64,000 nt of DNA from Girardia tigrina (Eukaryota). The notes beneath the pieces were generated by a model. The model saw only the letters and a list, made by a program, of their open reading frames with translations. It was not told where the DNA came from and made no database searches. Position 1 is the stretch's first letter; every line of letters starts with the position of its first letter. Of the stretch, positions 40,148 to 52,450 are shown one piece after another. The stretch covers positions 1-64,000 of the forward strand of contig MQRK01254642.1 of NCBI GenBank assembly GCA_001938485.1, given 5' to 3'. The position numbers were made by a program, and so were the translations under genes.

Positions 40148-43100
40148 GATAATTTCTATTTCGTAAAAATTTACATAAATTATTAAAATTATCAGAAAAA
40201 AACGTAAAAAATTATAAAATATAAATAAATTTCTTTATTTGGTCACAAACGTAGGTAATTATTATTAGTTTTATAATTATTCTGAGTATAACTATTATGA
40301 GAATAAAGTTTCTCAATCTCAAACCAGTTATAAATGCCTGGAAGCGCATGAGTAAATTTTAGGCTTTAATTTTTAATATGAATCGAGACACAAAGTTAAT
40401 TAATCCAGGTATATAAACTATATAAACTATCAGAAAAAATGTTTTCCAATTAAATTCTTTTTAATATTTTTAAAATATTTCTCCAAATGTTGTGTCCAAA
40501 TATATAATAATAAATTATTCATTTTTTAAATATTATTCAAAATTTATTAAATTATTAATTGAAAAGTTTTATGGTAAATTATGATCAACAATATTGTGTT
40601 AAATGTTATAATTAATTACTATACAAATGTATAAATTAAAATTTTCCAGTGACAAAATAAAATTAAAATTAATTAAAATATAAAAATATTTTTTGTAATA
40701 ATAAAATGATTTTAATTAATATTCAAATTTCTCAATTTTTTAATTATTTAATTTTTTTATAATTAATGTTCAATTTTTTTCCTATCATTAAAAGAACCGT
40801 AAATAATTTTATATATATTAATTCAATTTGAATTTAAAATTGTTCAGATAAAAATCCATAAAATACTTTTTGAATAAATATTAAAAATCCTTTATTTAAA
40901 ATAAATAAAGTTTGCTTACAGAATTTAGAACGACAATAATAATTATGAGTTCCACGACTAATTTATTTCTTTTGTTGATAATAATTTATATATTTGAGTT
41001 TTGTAAATGTCTTTGGTAAAAAATATCATTTGAACTCGAACACAATTACTCTCTTTTGAAATGATTATTTTCGAATCAAATCTAATTTTTATTTATTTTA
41101 ATTTTATTGGTTTATACTCATGCGTTTTTACACATATTTTTTTCATTATTATTTTATTTTATTTTCAATCAAAATTTTTTTCTGTAAAAATATACATTTT
41201 GAATTATTATTTTTGACAAAATTATACAAGGTCTCAAGATTGGAAATTTATTCGATAATTATTTAAAATTATCATATTAATTCTCATTGATGTTGTATAT
41301 TAATTGATAATTTGCATTCATATAACTGTGACCATTTAAATATAAAAATAATAACAGAAATTCGACGAATATTAAAAGTAATCATAGATTATGACTTCAA
41401 AGTTACTTAATAAGCACTTAGGAAAATGGCTTTTGTAAAATTTATTAACATAATTGATAAATTATTTGTTTCCAGAGTTGAGGTTTTCCGTTTTCCGTTT
41501 TTGGAAGCATAAGTATAGAAACCCGTAACTACTAAAATATTAAAAAAATACAATATTTCGGTACACTAAAATAACAGCACTCAAAGACGGTATTTGCTAA
41601 ACATGAATTGTCTTTAAAAACAGCAATATTGTCTTAACACTATAATCACTGACCCATTCATTTTTATGAGGTCTAGGCTGTAAGATGTCACTACTTCATT
41701 AAATACATTTAAATTGAACGACAGTTCCTTCTATAAGAGTGTCTAAGGTTTTTGTAGATTAAAATTATTTGTCATTTTATTATTAATGACTGAAATATAT
41801 TCATGTTTATTTTTTATTACTTAATTATCCAGAATATTTTGTTTTTTCTTTGAAATTTTGAAATCCATTTTATCACAAATAATTTGTGGTCATATTTGAA
41901 ATTTTAAACGTTTTTCCATAACTTGTAACCGAAATTTTTGATTGTCTTTTTTCGTATTTGTCTTGTATTTAAAAGCTGCCTAAAATTCAATCTAGAACTG
42001 CTCTCAAGCATTGCCGGGGCGATATGATGCATCAGTGAACTCCAGCATACGATACTGTTTACTCGACATTTACGATTGTCTCAACAAAATATCAAAGAAC
42101 AGTAATATTTAGTTAAAAGATGATTTTTAAATAATTAGTATATGTTAGTGGAATTTAAATCTTATACGGTATTTATCAACATAATATCCGATAAACTTCA
42201 TTTTATTTAACAAAAATAAAATTATATTAAATACTTTTCCGGATTTTCGTTTTCATATTAAATTGTATCAATCTTCTAACAATTACTTCAATTCTCTAAA
42301 TCAAGTAAAAAAGTCATTTCTTTTGAAAACGAAAACTCATTTGAATTATTGCTAATGAATCTGAGTTTTTAAAATTAATTTATATTTTTAATATAATTAA
42401 TAATGTAAACGGTTGGTTAATAATAATTTGTAAATGTTAACACAGCTCCATTAATACTTTTTTTTAAAAAAGAAAGAATCAAAATGTCAATATTCGTTTA
42501 TTAATCTTTTGCAAAAACTCTATTGATATTGCTAGTCAAACCCAAATTACATGGCTAAGTCTTTAATTAAATAAATGAAAATGGATTATTGATGTACACA
42601 AATATTTAAAAAGAAATAAATATCTTAATTTAAATATTACTATTCTTATTAAAAATTATTCTAAATATTAATAAAAAATCAGGCTTATTCGATTTTTATT
42701 TTACTAAAAATATGAAGTCATTGTTTTCCATTATTATTATTATATTATATTTGAAATAAGTGTTTATGGTTTAATCGCTTAAAATGATCAAAGTGAATAA
42801 TCAATAATTATGAAATGAATATTGATGAAATCTATATTGAAATAGTTTTAAAGAAGAACCAGTCGCAAAATAATCATTAATAATAATCTAAGACTGATAA
42901 TAAATGTGAAAAATTGATTTAAATTATCGACAACATTTGTTTTTAACTGCCTTTGTTTTTTCTTAAACAATTATTTCGAAACACGTTTTCAACTGACTGT
43001 TGTTTAAAACAAATTTTTCAAACCGCCAAACATCTTTATCTTATCTCGACAAGAGTTTACTTTGAAATTTGAATATTTGAAATTCAAATATTTAAAATTT

Positions 43101-44503
43101 AAATATTTGAAATTTATTGTATATGCTTAAAACATTTCGAATAATAGTTTTTTAAAATGATTGGTGATTAAAAAAAAATTTTCGAAGCTTATCACAAAAG
43201 CATTTGTTTTAAATAAAGCATTAAAAATTCACTTTGTCAACCTCGTGATAAATACTCAACATTATTAAACTTACTCATCACTAAAATCAAGTATTAATAA
43301 AAAATTCGCTAATTCAATCCCAAATCCATCTTGTTCTATTGATATTTTAAATTATTGATCTTTAAAAATAAAAAACCAATTTTAAAACAACTGAAAAAAA
43401 AACGTTTTTGATTAACAGTTTAAAAATAATCCTAAACCGGTTACATAACAAGATTATAAAAAAATAAAAAAAATTCTTTCTTTTGAAAAAGAATAATAAT
43501 AATAAAATCAACACATTATAAAAATTTAATGCATACAAAGTCAAATGATGACTGTAATTGTTTCCAAGATACACTGTTAAGTTTTCATTTGTATAATTAA
43601 CATGCGGCCGTTTTTGTTAAAATGCTTTGTTCCAGTATTGGATATATAAACAATTTTTTGTGTTTAGACTTGAATTTTATTTTTTCTCTATCCAAAGAGC
43701 AGGAAGTTACAGTTAAAAGGAATTAAAACAACCAAAACGAAATGCTAGTTCTTAATAAATATCGATAATAACCTTGGCAGAACTTATACTAGCGTGCTTC
43801 ATACAATTTAGACAGTGAGATTTGTATTCTATTTAACTTGCCACACACACAACCGCACACACTCACTCACAGTATTAATCAAGATAGAAAAACAAATTAC
43901 GATTTTCCTACTCTGTCTCTCATTTATACACATTAGCAATTAAATCATGTATGTTTAATTTGTGTGTCAGGTCGTAATAACGGCCGCTTTCAATTTAAAC
44001 CCATCACAAATTGGCATTAACAAGCCTTTTCTCGCGTCATAATTTAAAAAGAATTTACTACTGCAAAAATACACACACCAAACTGACATATATATTAAGC
44101 AACAAGAAAATATTCTGACTCATAGTAGTATGTTGAGAAAATCTCGATTTTCATTGGCTACCTTTGTATCAAATTCGCTTCATTAAAAATTCTATCGATT
44201 GGAATTCTTTGTACATTAAAAACTAATAACACACACACATACACAAGCACAATACATAATAAATTATGATCGATGCAAACAACATACACACACGATTTAT
44301 TTAAAAGCATACACACAAACGTGTTTGTTTATTTCATCTATTTGTTGATTGTGTGTTTGCGCTATTTTAGAAAAAAAATTTTTTTTCGTTTAATAATTAT
44401 TGTTTATTTTTATTTTTTTTCGATTCAATTGGATCGTTAAATTGACGCAGTTAATATTATTTTGTATTTTCCAAATGCAATATTGATTTAAACGAGGAAA
44501 AAA

Positions 44504-46153
44504 ATGTCCAAACCAATCAATTCTCAACCGATTCAAAAGTCATCGAGTAATTCTAATATTAATAGTTTATCGACGACATCGACTGCAATTTGTTCGTCTA
44601 CAATCCCCAATGCGCCTTTGCAAATCCAACCGAAACCTGTCGTCACGTTTCTCCAAACGACAAATCCATCGAGAATCATTCCGTCTCAACCGGCGGCATT
44701 CGCAATCCAATCGAACAATCAGTATATCGCGAATATCCAACCGAATTATTCCCACCCGAGTCTCACCCGTCCCCAGCCGTACAATATGCCGACCGGGAAC
44801 TCGTTCACGTTCACTCTGGCGCCAATTGCCGCCAAACCAATCGATAATTCCACCAATAATAACAACAACAATCACGTTTCTGCGCTTCCATCGAACTTTC
44901 AACCGATCCAAATGCGTCCGTCGAACAGCAACGCTTCCAAACAACCTCCGACCGTTCTTCCGCCTTCATCGGCAAATATTTCGTCCGCGGCTGCCGGTGG
45001 TTATTATCGCGAATGGATTCTCGAAGCCATTGATAAATTACGTGAAAGAAAAGCGCGTCCCGACGCCGAACGAATCTCAACGTTAATGAAACGATATCAT
45101 AATATTCCGTTAGAAGACACGGTGATGTGTTTGAATAAATTAGCGGATTCTGGGGCGGTTGTTTGCGTTGATTATAAAGGTAATATTAGTTATAGAAATC
45201 CATATAAATGGAGAAAGAATAGCGCCAATGGTGGGGGAATTATGAATCCGCCGAGTATCACTAATCGGATCTTGGAGTCGTTCCGTCATATGGAAAAGAC
45301 TCGAAGTACGGATTCACAAAATCCCCATAAAGTCGGTTATTCAATTAATGAAATCGAACAGGCAATTTTGGCGACTCAAACGTCCGGTTCAATTGAGTTA
45401 TCGAAAACGCAATTGAGACATTGTTTGGAACGGGAAGCGGCGTATGGGAAATTAATGCGCCGGGCCGACTGTACGTATGTGATTGATGAAAACGGGGAAA
45501 AAAAGATCCGGAAAGCCGCTGCAATTCAAGCGAAGAAAACTGCCTTCAGTCATAAACCTCTGCCGAATAAAACGATCGCCGCAGCGCCTCATCCTATTTC
45601 TATAGCGACGACCACCCCGATGATAACCAATATTCAAACCCCGATCGTTAGTAATAATTCATTTACCGCTTTTTCCGTTCAACAGATTCAATCTTATAAT
45701 CCGCAAATGCCGCAATTTTTACCCCAAAATGAAAGATCAATATTGCCAATGTTAACGACAAATAATGCATTTACGAGTATTTCGTTAGCGTCAGTTAGTC
45801 AACCTAGTCCGATTTTACCGAAACAAACCCCACCCCATATGACTTATGTAAAATGTGAAGCATCTCTCACTCCGGAAATCAATTCCCTACCGCAATTGCC
45901 AGTCGTTGTGACGAAATCAACTCAAAATAACACTAATTGCGTTTCTGAAACTGAAATAAAAGAATCGCAATTTTCCAGTAGTATTTCAACGACAGTTCAA
46001 TCAATATCATCATCAGTTATCACTACTCCGACAATGGGAAATACAACAAATGCAGAAATTAAAACCACAACGAAAACAAGCAGGCGTGGCAGACCACCTG
46101 GATCGAAAAACAAACGATATCAAGAATCAGAAAATAATACTATCTCGAATAAG
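44504..46153 (+). CDS. SAMD1: Exon 1 of SAMD1-like gene (low-complexity N-terminus, WH1 ~45002-45201, probable WH2, AT-hook ~46081-46110)
   Basis: 565-aa ORF; donor AAG|GTTGGA after codon 550 (phase 0); the ORF tail beyond it is AT-rich and intron-like. Confidence 0.85.
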
Positions 46154-49100
46154 GTTGGAATTAATATTTTTTTGATTATTATTATTATTATATTTTGTTG
46201 ATTTTTTTATAATTTAAATATTCAAAAAAAAATAATATTAAAAAAACCCCGAGACTCAATATCACAATTTATTAACATACACACACACGCACGCAATGAG
46301 CGCGATTTGATTACAGATAAGACTCTATGACTAATGCAAGGGATTGAACAAGGCATGCAAACACGGACACACAATCACATTTAATTAATCGCGATTGAAC
46401 ACAAACATGATCATTGTGCATATAAATATTACATATAAAATAGAATTATGACAAGAGAAACTGAATTTCTATCTCGGTGTGTTTATTAATAAAGTATATA
46501 CGAAATATCTCTATTTGATATACAATCTCACAATCTCATAATACATCATATCGGTTTGCATCATTCTCTGATAAAAAACAAACTCTGCGATACTTGACAT
46601 TGATTTGTCAATGCATCATTCGAATGTTTTCTTGATTGGCTATATCGTTTTTTATCATAATAAAAAAAATTAAATTATAACTGCATTAATTTTCAAACGC
46701 ATCAATTAAACACAAAAATGAAAACAAAATCAAACGGAAAACTTTTTTGTTGTTTGTAAATCAAATTAACCAAATCGAAAAATTCATTCCGAATATTATT
46801 TCTAATTTTCTTTGAATTAAATACTATTGATATTTGATAGTAATAGAATTGAAAAATAATTTATTTTCGTGGTTTTTATTTATTTATTATTATTATTATT
46901 ATTAATAGTTTTATTGTTTAGAAACAAAAGATCGATGTAGAAAATCACGCGACAAACGTGTCGGCTCCGTCATCGTGTTCGGCGTTGAGTGTGAGCAATT
47001 CCGATCAAACGGTCCCGGCCATGGGAACGGTCATTGAAATGTGTTCCGAATGTAAATCGCCTCAAACTGATTATGAGAAATTTCTCTACTGTAAAGACTG
47101 TAATGTGAAAGGTATAATTATAATTCGTTACAGCGGAGTATTGTCCGCCCCCCCCTACCGAGAAATAATTTTTCTTCTAAATTGTTCGTTTAACTCTCAT
47201 ATTTCAAATGATTTTTTATTAAAAAAAATATTACAACAATATGTTTGAAATATTTTATTTCGTATTTTTTTCTTTAATTATATTAATTAAAATTATTAAT
47301 TTAAAAATAGTAATTTAAATTATTAATTAAATTATAGCAATAATAATTTCAGTAAAAAAATGAAGTTATTTTAATTTAAAAAAAAGAAATTTAAAAACAA
47401 ATAATGAGAAAAATAGTAATAAATTAATTAATTTATTATTATTTTTTGCGACATGCAAAATAATCTGTTCATAACTGTAGATTCCAGAAAATCAGATGGG
47501 GAATTGACCCCCCCTAAATATTATTATTGCGTTACCGAGTCTGTGATGGGACTTTTAATCGCCTATTAATTAATGTAAAATAACTGTTTTTTTCCATTTT
47601 TTGAAGTTTATCTTTTGATTTTTCATGTAACCTATGATTAAAGAGAGTTCTAGTAATTACCCCCACGCTTGGATTCTGCCATGTTTGCTAGTGATGTAAA
47701 ACGACACGGTGGAGAATCCTTAACTGAAATCCTAGGATCATAATAAGCAAAATAACGAAGTTGTCCTAATTAGTGTCACGCATATTTTCAATTATTTATG
47801 TTTCACTTTGGGTATTTCTATCAATTTCCGAAAGATTTTTATAATATGATCAAGTTAGGCTCTTTTGATATTCAAAAAAATATATTATTTACAATTATTT
47901 AATTTTTTTTTCTATTTGATTCAAATATATTTTAAAATTTTCTTTGAATCAGTGACTAATTTTGATCAAAAAAGCCCCTAGGCCCTCTTCTTTCTTTTTG
48001 ACCTTAGTCGTTGGGCCATTGGGTTCACCCAATTATAAACAAACCTTCGCAACATCTCTATTTGTAGTTTCAATTCTCAGACATTTCATACTCAATCCAC
48101 TCTATTCTTTAAAATTGTCTATCCATTGCCTCTTTGGTCTTCCTCTTGGTCTTTGTCCTTCCAGTCAATCATAACCTTTGCTAGTGATTGTTTTCTCATT
48201 TGATGGTCTTCTCGTGATGGTCACTTCTATTGATTACGGTCTTTTACCTAGTATATCTATCACTCTCCTCCAGACAAAGTCGTTTGTCTTCTTTTTTTTC
48301 CACGTGATCTTCAGCATTCTCCTGTAGCACTTCATATCAAACGCTTGAAGTCTATCCATGCTCTTCTGATTTATTGTCCAACTCTCGCATCCATAGAAGA
48401 GTGTTGCCCAGACAATAATCTTTTTGATCTTTATTCTGCTCTTGAGGCGGGTTGCTTTGAGGTTAAACACTGTGCTAAGCTTAATCATTGCGCTTGTTGC
48501 AATACCAGGAGCGCGCATATGCCCCCCTTATGCATGCTACTGCCTTGGCCACTATGTATTTAAAAGCTCCACAATTTGATTTAGTCATAATATGTTATAT
48601 AGTAAATAGTATATTTTTGAAATAGACAAAATACAAAAAAACAATACAAACAATAAACAAAAACATCAAGAACACAATAAAAAAACTAATATTTACTTTT
48701 ACGTAAAACATTAATAAATTGTTTCAAATTTTTTAAGTTAATTAATTTTATTTACATTCATTTTTTCTAATATTTCACTTTATATTAAAAAAAGGACTGA
48801 AGATGAAATATTTTCTTAACCCTTTCCAGCCCAAATTATTATTTTTGAAAAAAAAATTTTATATTGTTGTTTTGTTTCTAGAAACAAGTGAGAATCACGA
48901 TTTTTTGCATTCTAATATATGTAGTGTCTTCTATTAGACTTTTCAGAAACTATTACTATGTGTAAAATTTAAATTGGGTAAAAGAGATAACTGTAATTTA
49001 ATTTTTCAAATATGTTGCCATATGGCAACAATGGGCTGGAAAGGGTTAATAAAAACAATATACATAAATTATTTAATAGTAATCCAATAGCACAGTCAAT

Positions 49101-50165
49101 ATCAGTTCAATTATTCGCTCGTATTACCAAGATGGAGTGTGTAACTATGATTTATTTTTTCTAGAAAACAATTTTGATATTTTATTATTTCATTCAATTT
49201 CGAAACACTCTTGACCGGGGTCCTCTAATATTTTTGATTCCATACACTGTTCTCATTGGTAAAATGTGTCATGTCTGGAGTTTATAAATGAAATTGTTAA
49301 ATTTAGATACAACGAAAAATTGTTTTTTAATTTTTTTTATGAAAAATAAATTTAAATTATTTAATGTATTAAAGTAAATTGATTAAAAAAAATTCACGAT
49401 GGGGGTAAAATTTTTAATTTTTTTTAAAATTTATCTTATTGTAATTTGTCTTCAGTTCATCCTTCTTGTTTGCATTATTGGCCAGAATTAACAGAAAGAG
49501 CAAGACAGTCACCTTGGCAATGTAGTGCTTGTAAAACGTGTTGCGTTTGTAAAGATCGGAGTTCGAAAGTAAATTTTACGAATTATTTATTTATTTTATT
49601 AAAATATTTCTAGGAATCTGTGTATATTTGTGACGGTTGTGATAAAGGATTTCATTCAGCTTGCCATGAGCCTAAAATACAAGAACCAATATCTCGAAAT
49701 GCAGCTTGGATTTGTTCCAATTGCTATAAAGAAGGTTTTCGTATACGTTCAGAAGAATCAATGAAAAATTCCACGGAACCAGTAGCGAAAACCTATAAAG
49801 AAAGTCCTAGTGAAAAATCAGAAACAAGAAATTCTTCCGAAAAGCCTATTGTAGAAATTAAAAAAGAAAATGTAGTAGTGGAGGATAGTAGGAAAGAAAA
49901 CACAGTTACTAAAAAAAGTCGGCCAGACGATATCACGAAATGGTCAACGGATGATGTTTGTGATTGGTTGACTGAAGAAGGCTTTGGCGTCCAGTCGGGA
50001 TTGTTCAGGGAACAAGAAATCGACGGTGGCTCATTACTGTTGATGAAACGAATGGACGTGCTAACAGAATTGAACTTAAAGCTCGGACCGGCTGTGAAAA
50101 TTTACGAAAAGATTAAAAAAATTCAAAATGATGGATCAATATGGAAATATGACGATTGTTTCTGA
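44504..50165 (+). CDS. SAMD1: SAMD1/atherin-like chromatin protein (WH, WH2, AT-hook, double PHD, SAM); join(44504..46153,46922..47111,49456..49568,49614..50165), 834 aa
   Basis: Three GT-AG introns join four exons in frame (1650+190+113+552=2505 nt). YYREWILEAIDKLRERKARPDAERI...VDYKGNISYRN matches the SAMD1-type winged helix. RRGRPPGSKNK is an AT-hook. CSEC...CKDC..VHPSC...WQCSACKTCCVC...CDGCDKGFHSAC...WICSNC is a double PHD finger. WSTDDVCDWLTEEGF...FREQEIDGGSLLLMKRMDVLTELNLKLGPAVKIY is a SAMD1/SAMD13-type SAM domain. Confidence 0.88.
46922..47111 (+). CDS. SAMD1: Exon 2 (first half of PHD1)
   Basis: Acceptor TTTAG ends at 46921; reads KQKIDVENH...CSECK...CKDCNVK; donor G|GTATAA (phase 1). 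Confidence 0.85.
47985..48507 (-). mobile_element. RTE-type LINE 3' fragment in intron 2
   Basis: LFYGCESWT...RLQAFDMKCYRRMLKITW...TN, then G.RPRGRPKRQWID, and an AAAG/AAG-like tail. Confidence 0.85.
48820..49045. mobile_element. piggyBac-type MITE in intron 2
   Basis: Perfect 14-bp TIR CCCTTTCCAGCCCA; TTAA TSD on both sides; subterminal palindrome TGTTGCCATATGGCAACA. Confidence 0.92.
49456..49568 (+). CDS. SAMD1: Exon 3 (PHD1/PHD2 junction), absent from ORF track
   Basis: Acceptor TTCAG; reads (V)HPSCLHYWPELTERARQSPWQCSACKTCCVCKDRSSK; donor GTAAAT; followed by a 45-nt intron (49569-49613). Confidence 0.88.
49614..50165 (+). CDS. SAMD1: Exon 4 (end of PHD2, charged linker, SAM domain, stop)
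   Basis: Acceptor TTCTAG; ESVYICDGCDKGFH...; SAM domain; TGA ends at 50165. Confidence 0.9.
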   Translation, partial: ESVYICDGCDKGFHSACHEPKIQEPISRNAAWICSNCYKEGFRIRSEESMKNSTEPVAKTYKESPSEKSETRNSSEKPIVEIKKENVVVEDSRKENTVTKKSRPDDITKWSTDDVCDWLTEEGFGVQSGLFREQEIDGGSLLLMKRMDVLTELNLKLGPAVKIYEKIKKIQNDGSIWKYDDCF

Positions 50166-51122
50166 TGAGCTGAGCAAAGCTCTCGCGTTTGTAAATCAAA
50201 ATAGAATAACTTATTTTTCATTTTTTAAATTAATTAAAGAACTTTTTACTTTTACTACTATAAAAATGAGAACGGAAAACTTGGTCCTATTAAACAAACT
50301 CAAGAATTTAATTGTGGACCCTTAATTACCTCTATCGTTGTTGCATTTGATATTATGACACTCATCAGTAAAATTATAGTTACTATTAGAATCAAGAAGG
50401 GTACACTAATGGAATACCAGACTTTAAACGTGCAAAGAAGAGCTCTTGACTCGGAAATTCTGAGTACACCTTTTTCTTGAAGCAATTATAAGCTGTTCTA
50501 AAGAAATTGTACAAAATATCTCTTTAATTCCTGTGCAACGCTGTTAGGTTATCATGTGCCGCATTGAATGTAATAAGGGTTGAAAAGAATATGCATTTAT
50601 CATTTATACACGTATTAACAGAAAAATTAAATAATTAATCTACCATAAAATCCACATTTTCAATTCCTAAAAATTTTCAAAATTATAAATAATAACCCTT
50701 TCACGTGAATAAGGAAATTAGGAAGAAAATAAAATAATACGTAGTTTCTAAGAAATTCAAGGGGTCATGTATCCAGTGGCACAGCATGAGGCGGCATTTT
50801 TCAATGGGTAAAAAAAATACAGATAAAGTGAACAAATATATAACAAGAATTTAGATTCTGAAATTCTAGCCATTACAGAATGTTAAAACATGCTTAATTT
50901 AGTGAAATCTGCCAATGGCTAATAGAATTGTGTGCTATCAGAAATAGACAAATTCCTCACCGTTACTTATTTAGCAATGACAACGTTTTAATTTTTGTAT
51001 TTTAGTAAAGTACTTCCGGTTATTAGATTTTATTAGACTGAATTTTCTTACTTCATTTGTTTGTGAATTTGTACTGAATTTCTAAAAGGCAGTTTTGTAG
51101 TATGTTTGATTGATTCATTCTA

Positions 51123-52406
51123 TTAGGTTGATGCAAAAGAAATGTCGTTTTTTAACTGTCAACTTTAAATGAACATAACTTTCTTTAGAATTAACTTTAT
51201 TAGTCAAAATAAAAACCATTATATTGAACACCCTGTTGCCAGTGGATAACAAGTTTTTTTATTCTAGTTTCATAAAATTCTTGAGTTCTGGAGGCGATGA
51301 AGTCATCCAAGGCTCTTTCAGCATCTCCTTAGTTTCTGAAGCATTTTTCACGAAGGAACTGGCTGAAATGTTTGAAAAGGTGATATTCTGTAGGAGAAAG
51401 GTCTGGTGAGTACGGTGGATGAGGCAAAGTTTCATATCTCATTTCGTTTAACTTCAGCATGGTCTTTCTTGGAACATGTGGACGAGCGTTGACATGCACA
51501 AGAATTGCCCCCTTTCTATTGAGTAATGCCGGCCGTTTATTTGTAGTTCTTGGAGCATTTTGTCAATTTGCTGACAATACTTTTTCCGCTGTAATTGTTT
51601 CGCCTTGTTTTAGGAAGCTGTAATGGATTAAACCGTGTGTGGACCGCCAAACAATTGCCATGACTTTTTTGATGTAATTTTGACTTCGGGAAAGGCTTTG
51701 GAGCTTCATTGAAATCCAACCACGGAGTTGAATGTCGCCGGTTGTTGTATAGGATCCATTTTTCATCGCACGTTACAATTCGATCCAGAAACGAGTCGCT
51801 TTGATTACGCAAAAGCAGAGAAGAACACATGTTAAAGCGACGATTTTTTTGATTTTCTTTTAATTAGTGCGGCACCCACTTGTTCAGCTTTTTCACTTTC
51901 CCGATTTTCTTCAGATGGCGAACAACTGTTGATTGGTAAACGTTGAGTTCTTGAGCAACTTCCCGTGAGTTTTTATGCGGGTCGGCATTGATTAACTTCT
52001 TCAAATAGTTGTCGTCAACTTGTGATGGTCGACTACCGTGTTTTTCATCTTCAAGGCTCTCGTTGTCTCTACAAAACTTAAAAAACCAACGTTGAACTGT
52101 TTGTAAATTAGTGGTATGTTGTCCAAATACATTATTAATATTCCAAGCCGTTTCTGTCGCTTTTCGACCTAGTTTGAAATCGTAGAATAAAATTGTTCTC
52201 ATTTCCTTCTTTTCTAACATTTCTAAAATAAAATAAATATACCTTAAATTAACAACATTAATGTTATACTTGGTATCAAAATATAGAGTAAAGTTTAAAC
52301 TTTAAAGTAAATTTAAATATGAATCTATTTATTAATGTTTTTCTAAATATTTCAAACAATGAATATTAAATACATTAAAAACGACATTTCTTTTGCATCA
52401 ACCTAA
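51123..52406 (-). mobile_element. Full-length cecropia-subfamily (Hsmar1-like) mariner; transposase 52220-51200 disrupted
   Basis: Perfect 30-bp TIR TTAGGTTGATGCAAAAGAAATGTCGTTTTT; TA TSD; WVPH*L, IVTCDEKW, HPPYSPDLSPTEYHLF, GFYFD*. Confidence 0.95.
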
Positions 52407-52450
52407 TATAAAATGGAGCCGGATTCGATTTGTGCCGTTATTTATATAAG

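Noticed and set aside
44567-45637. Alternative-frame and antisense ORFs over exon 1
   Set aside because: Shadow ORFs of a GC-richer coding exon.
44504-50165. Calling the gene KAT6A/B (MOZ/MORF)
   Set aside because: No MYST domain; the double PHD leads to SAM and a stop.
50160-50200. Hammerhead ribozyme cores (CTGATGA here and at ~22182, ~37508, ~57050)
   Set aside because: None has a stem II followed by GAAA.
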